Source: Pelagomonas calceolata
Taxonomy: Eukaryota
Direction: 5' to 3'
Assembly: GCA_918797485.1 (NCBI GenBank)
Contig: CAKKNE010000003.1
Coordinates: 1,426,001 to 1,490,000, forward strand
Length of the DNA: 64,000 nt
Both the position numbers and the translations under genes were made by a program. This document shows positions 60,460 to 64,000 of this stretch, piece by piece; the stretch's first letter is position 1, and each line of letters starts with the position of its first letter. The notes under the pieces were generated by a model, which worked only from the letters and a program-made list of their open reading frames with translations, made no database searches and had not been told where the DNA came from.

Positions 60460-61518
60460 TTAAATGGGGTACTCAGCGCTCTCGACGAGCAGCCGCGGGT
60501 AGCAGTGGCGCACCGCCTCCAGCAAAGGCCCGCGCGGCTCCGCCTCGGCGTGCGTACGTCCCCACGAGAAGATGCAGACCCCGAGGCGCCGACTGCGATC
60601 TCGTCGCACATGGAACGCCGTGTCATTCGCCACGCAGCTCCGCGCCGCTCGAATGAAGCCGTCGGCGGCAGCGGATGACGCGAACCAGCGGCAAATCCAC
60701 CGCGGCACGCGCCCCGCCGCGACGTGCTCGTTCGTATATTCGAGCGCCTCGTTGTGCAGCAGACGGATGCGACGGAGCGTAGCGGGAACGGAAGCGGACG
60801 CGTCGGCGACGGCCGTCTTGATGGTGCCTCTGCCGAAGGCGTCCGAGTCCTGCTCGAAGAAGAGGACGTCCGGCGCGAGGTCCGCGACGCGGCGAGCGCC
60901 GTATCTTCCGTCGTGGAAGCGGCGCGTGAATTTCATCCCGCCGACGCGGTACCAATCAAAAACGACGCGCGTGAGGACGCTCTCGCCGAGCTCCGCCTGG
61001 TCCAGGGCCTCTATTTTGGTCGATCCTCGTCGGAATCCGTAGAACGCGCGGGCGTTGTCCGCGAACAGGCCGCGCGAGGCGCTGCTGGGCCCGACGCCCC
61101 CGATGCGCACGACGCCGCCGACCGAGAGGTCGCTCGCGTCCGGGAACCCTCCGATGTAGCGCCCCCGCGCGAGCGCGACGTCGAGGAGCGCGGCGGTCGT
61201 GATCCGCGCGTCGACGGTGACCTGCCGGTCGTCCGCGTGCAGCACGCCCGCCGCGCTCGCGATCGGCGCCAGCGCCACGACCACGTCCGCGTCCGTCCAG
61301 CGCATCGAATGGCCGGTGACAAAGAGCGTCGCGCGCGGGTGCTGCGCGAGGAGCCGGGCGGCGTCCGTCCAGTTCGACGCGCGCGCCACGCGCGATGGCC
61401 GCCGCGCGCCGAAGCTCGTCACCGACATGCCGTCGCCGCCGGCGCCGAGAGCCGCCATCAGCGCCGGCAGCGTGTGCATGATGAGGCATGGCCCGGCTGC
61501 CGACGGCCGTGGCTTCAT
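60460..61518 (-). CDS. FAD-binding (PCMH-type) oxidoreductase-like protein
   Basis: 'FVTGHSM', 'VTVDARIT...LL', 'PDASDLSVGGVVRIGGVGPSS...GLFADNA'. Confidence 0.68.
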   Translation of the reverse strand: MKPRPSAAGPCLIMHTLPALMAALGAGGDGMSVTSFGARRPSRVARASNWTDAARLLAQHPRATLFVTGHSMRWTDADVVVALAPIASAAGVLHADDRQVTVDARITTAALLDVALARGRYIGGFPDASDLSVGGVVRIGGVGPSSASRGLFADNARAFYGFRRGSTKIEALDQAELGESVLTRVVFDWYRVGGMKFTRRFHDGRYGARRVADLAPDVLFFEQDSDAFGRGTIKTAVADASASVPATLRRIRLLHNEALEYTNEHVAAGRVPRWICRWFASSAAADGFIRAARSCVANDTAFHVRRDRSRRLGVCIFSWGRTHAEAEPRGPLLEAVRHCYPRLLVESAEYPI

Positions 61519-61993
61519 CGACCAGGGGCAGCCATGGCCATATGGCAGTAGCCACAGTAGCCAAAAGTAGACGGTAGCTTTGCCCGATCGATCACCGCAG
61601 TCAGGGCTCGCAAGCCGCGAGTGTCAAAGGGCCGGATCGGGGCGCCCCCTGAATTATCTAAACCTTTGACGCAGAGAAAAAGCACTGCGCAGTGCGCAAG
61701 CCATGATCTACACGGAACCCGCACTCTAACATGTCTTGGCATTGTAACTCTCAGCCTGTCCCTAGTGCTCCGCAGGCGCACGAAGCTACGAGCTTGTATC
61801 TCGCGGCCAAGGCTTCGGCTAGTAGATCTGGCTAGTAGCTAAAGCTTCACTTATCATGCTGCTGCGCAATACTGAGCCGGGAGTAGAGGCGTTTTAGCAG
61901 CCCCGAGGCGTTTTGAGGTCCAGGGGCAGCCAACAACAATTCGAGATAGCCTGGAGTGAGAGGCGTAGTGAGGTCCAGCGGCAGCCATTCGAG

Positions 61994-64000
61994 ATGCGCG
62001 CCTGGCCGGCGGCGGCCCTGGCGGCGGCTCTGGCCGTCATCCTCTGGTCCCAACCAAGGGCCGGCGGCAGACGAGACCGCGGGCCGGTCGACCCCGGGGC
62101 GGGCGCAGCCGCCGCGGCGCTGCTCGAGGCGACGGGCATCGACCCCGCGGCTCCGGTCTGGGGCGCGCCCTTCCGCGAGATGGCCGCGCTGTACGACGGC
62201 GCCGACCCGCCGCTCGAGACTTTTGGCGTGTCGGCCAAATTCTCGAACGGGAAAGCCGCCACCGCGCGGTACTACGTCGCGCTGGAGCTCCCGGGCTCCG
62301 GCGGGCACCTGCCGCGCGACGCCCAGCGCCGCGCGGCCGCGCGCACGGCCGCCGCGCTCAAGGCGCCGCCGCTCGTCGACGCCTGGCTCGCCGTGCTCGC
62401 CGCGGAGGCGCCGCCGCCCGTCTACGGCTTCGGCGTTGACGCGGACGCCGGCGCCGCGAAGCTCTACGTCCAGAACCGCGACGGCGCGGCCCTGCCCCAG
62501 CTACCGGCGGCCGCACAGGCGGCGATGCCGCCAGTATTTAGCAACGGCACGCGGGAGCCGCGGCAAGTGCTGTCGCTCGAATGGCACGTCGGCGAACCGA
62601 CGACGGCGCTGCGTCGGTACGCCGTCGGGGCCACACCGGACGGCCCGCCGCGGGCGGCGCGCGACAGCTTCCTCGCAGTCGGCGGCGGCCAGCTGGCTGA
62701 CGCGCTCGAGGCGGCGGCCGACGCGCACGCGGCATTGGTCTACGACGTGGCCGCGACCGGCTTCTTCCAGGCAGACGGCCCGGCGCCGCCCGCGCGCGCC
62801 GAACGCGCCAAGGCCGGTCTCTCGTTCGTTCGGCAGCCAGACATCGAAGCGCTGACGCCGGTCTTCAAGGCCTTTGACGTCGATGCGAGCTTGGCGGCGC
62901 GCTGGGTGCGAGATTCGGCGGACATAGGACACTCGATCACAAACGTGGAGGTCGGGCGCGGCGCCGTCGCGGTCTACCGCCACCCGACGCGCTTCGACTT
63001 CTTCGACGGCGCCGCGCCCGCGCTACACGCGCAACCAGCTGCGCCGCGCGGCGTGGCACCCTACGTGTGGCCGGCGCCACCGGCGGAGCTCATGATGCGC
63101 TCCGAGACGACGGTCGTCCGCGGCAGCCCGTCGGCTGGTTCCTGCGGTCGACGGGCGGCTTGGATCACTGGGACGAGTACGAAGCTGGCTGCTGGCTCGG
63201 GCTCGATTACCCCTTGGATTCGGAGGGACTCTACCCTGCTACTGACCGCTGCCACACCTGCCAATCGTCGTACCTGTGCTCCACGAACGTGGCCAAGGCC
63301 GCTCCGTCGCCCGCGCCGACGACGGCCGCGCCGACGGTGACGGCTGCGCCCACGATCGACGGTCTCGCGCTCGTGATCGACGGATCCAAAGACACGTTTT
63401 ACTACGACTCGCCTCTCTGGACGAACGACCAGCTCTACAACCGCGCCGGCGAGCTCAAGGCGCGCGCCTTCTTCGAGCCGACGAGCGAATTCACCGTCGT
63501 GATGGAATACGGCTCCGAGGAACGCTCGCTCACTATCGAGCTGGATCAGGAGAAAAGCCTGCAGGAGCTTTTCTCCGGCGACTATACCGCCACGGACGCC
63601 AGCGTCGACGCGTGGCGCTCCCTTGTTCCGGACGCGGGCTATGCAAACAACTGCAACCGGCAAGGCTTCAACACCGAATCAGATGGCTGCCACGTGGGCA
63701 TGTCGCACTGCCGCCTGCGGTTGGGCATCTGGTTCAACAACGAGGATGAATGTCATTCGTCAGACAGCTTCCTGGGCATCGGCGCTGCCGAGTTTTCGTC
63801 GGGCTCGAAATGTCACTACAACGGCGATGGCGGTGGGACCTGCGACACCAAAGCGACCGTCACGCGGATCTACGCCAGGGCCGCGCCGTCGCCCGCGCCG
63901 ACTGCGACGCTGAAGCCGTCCTTGTCGCCGGCGCCCACGATCAATGCGGTATGCGCCGCCGGCTACTACAGCTGCGCCAGCTGCTGCGACCAGGACGCGG
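61994..64000 (+). CDS. Large secreted/surface multidomain protein, 3'-truncated, with an apparent frameshift near 63120
   Basis: Signal anchor; the frame changes to 'QPVGWFLRST...CWLG...SYLCSTN', PT-rich linkers and a Cys-rich 'NNCNRQGFN...RLGIWFNNEDEC.SSDSFLGIG' module, open to the window end. Confidence 0.55.

Noticed and set aside
1..64000. Autonomous transposase mobilising the introners
   Set aside because: No DDE/hAT-like transposase ORF flanked by the TIR was recognisable in this window

Overview
Gene-dense, GC-rich eukaryotic nuclear DNA. It is most likely a photosynthetic stramenopile of the pelagophyte type (Pelagomonas/Aureococcus-like); this is inferred from an LHC/FCP gene, bipartite plastid-targeting presequences, introner architecture and a selenoprotein. 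About 40 protein-coding genes are present: LHC, POLD3, MATE, nitroreductase, a GST-HIT fusion, FAM136-like, an EF-hand Ca2+ exchanger, METTL21-like, a nucleotidyltransferase-HAD fusion, SGF29, a Tudor-fused C5 DNA methyltransferase, MCM8, cullin-1, glutaredoxin, Pumilio, YAK1/DYRK, GT47, LZTFL1, MESD-like, UBE2J and others. Highlights: (1) Most of the 18 reconstructable introns carry, or resemble decayed copies of, one family of short non-autonomous DNA transposons (introners). They have the TIR CTGTGTGGAAATCAA...TTGATTTCCACACAG and 8-bp TSDs; the donor GT/GC comes from the first TSD copy and the acceptor CAG from the TIR. They occur in both orientations and range from pristine to decayed. (2) A glutaredoxin has an in-frame TGA at the catalytic Cys position (UPYA) and a SECIS-like hairpin, so it is a probable selenoprotein. 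(3) A ~20-24 bp CTAG-bounded motif (GCTAGTGTCTTAC..CCGCTAGC) recurs in about 10 promoter-side intergenic regions. (4) A divergent C5 DNA methyltransferase is fused to Tudor-like domains. All coordinates and homologies were read by eye with no database search.
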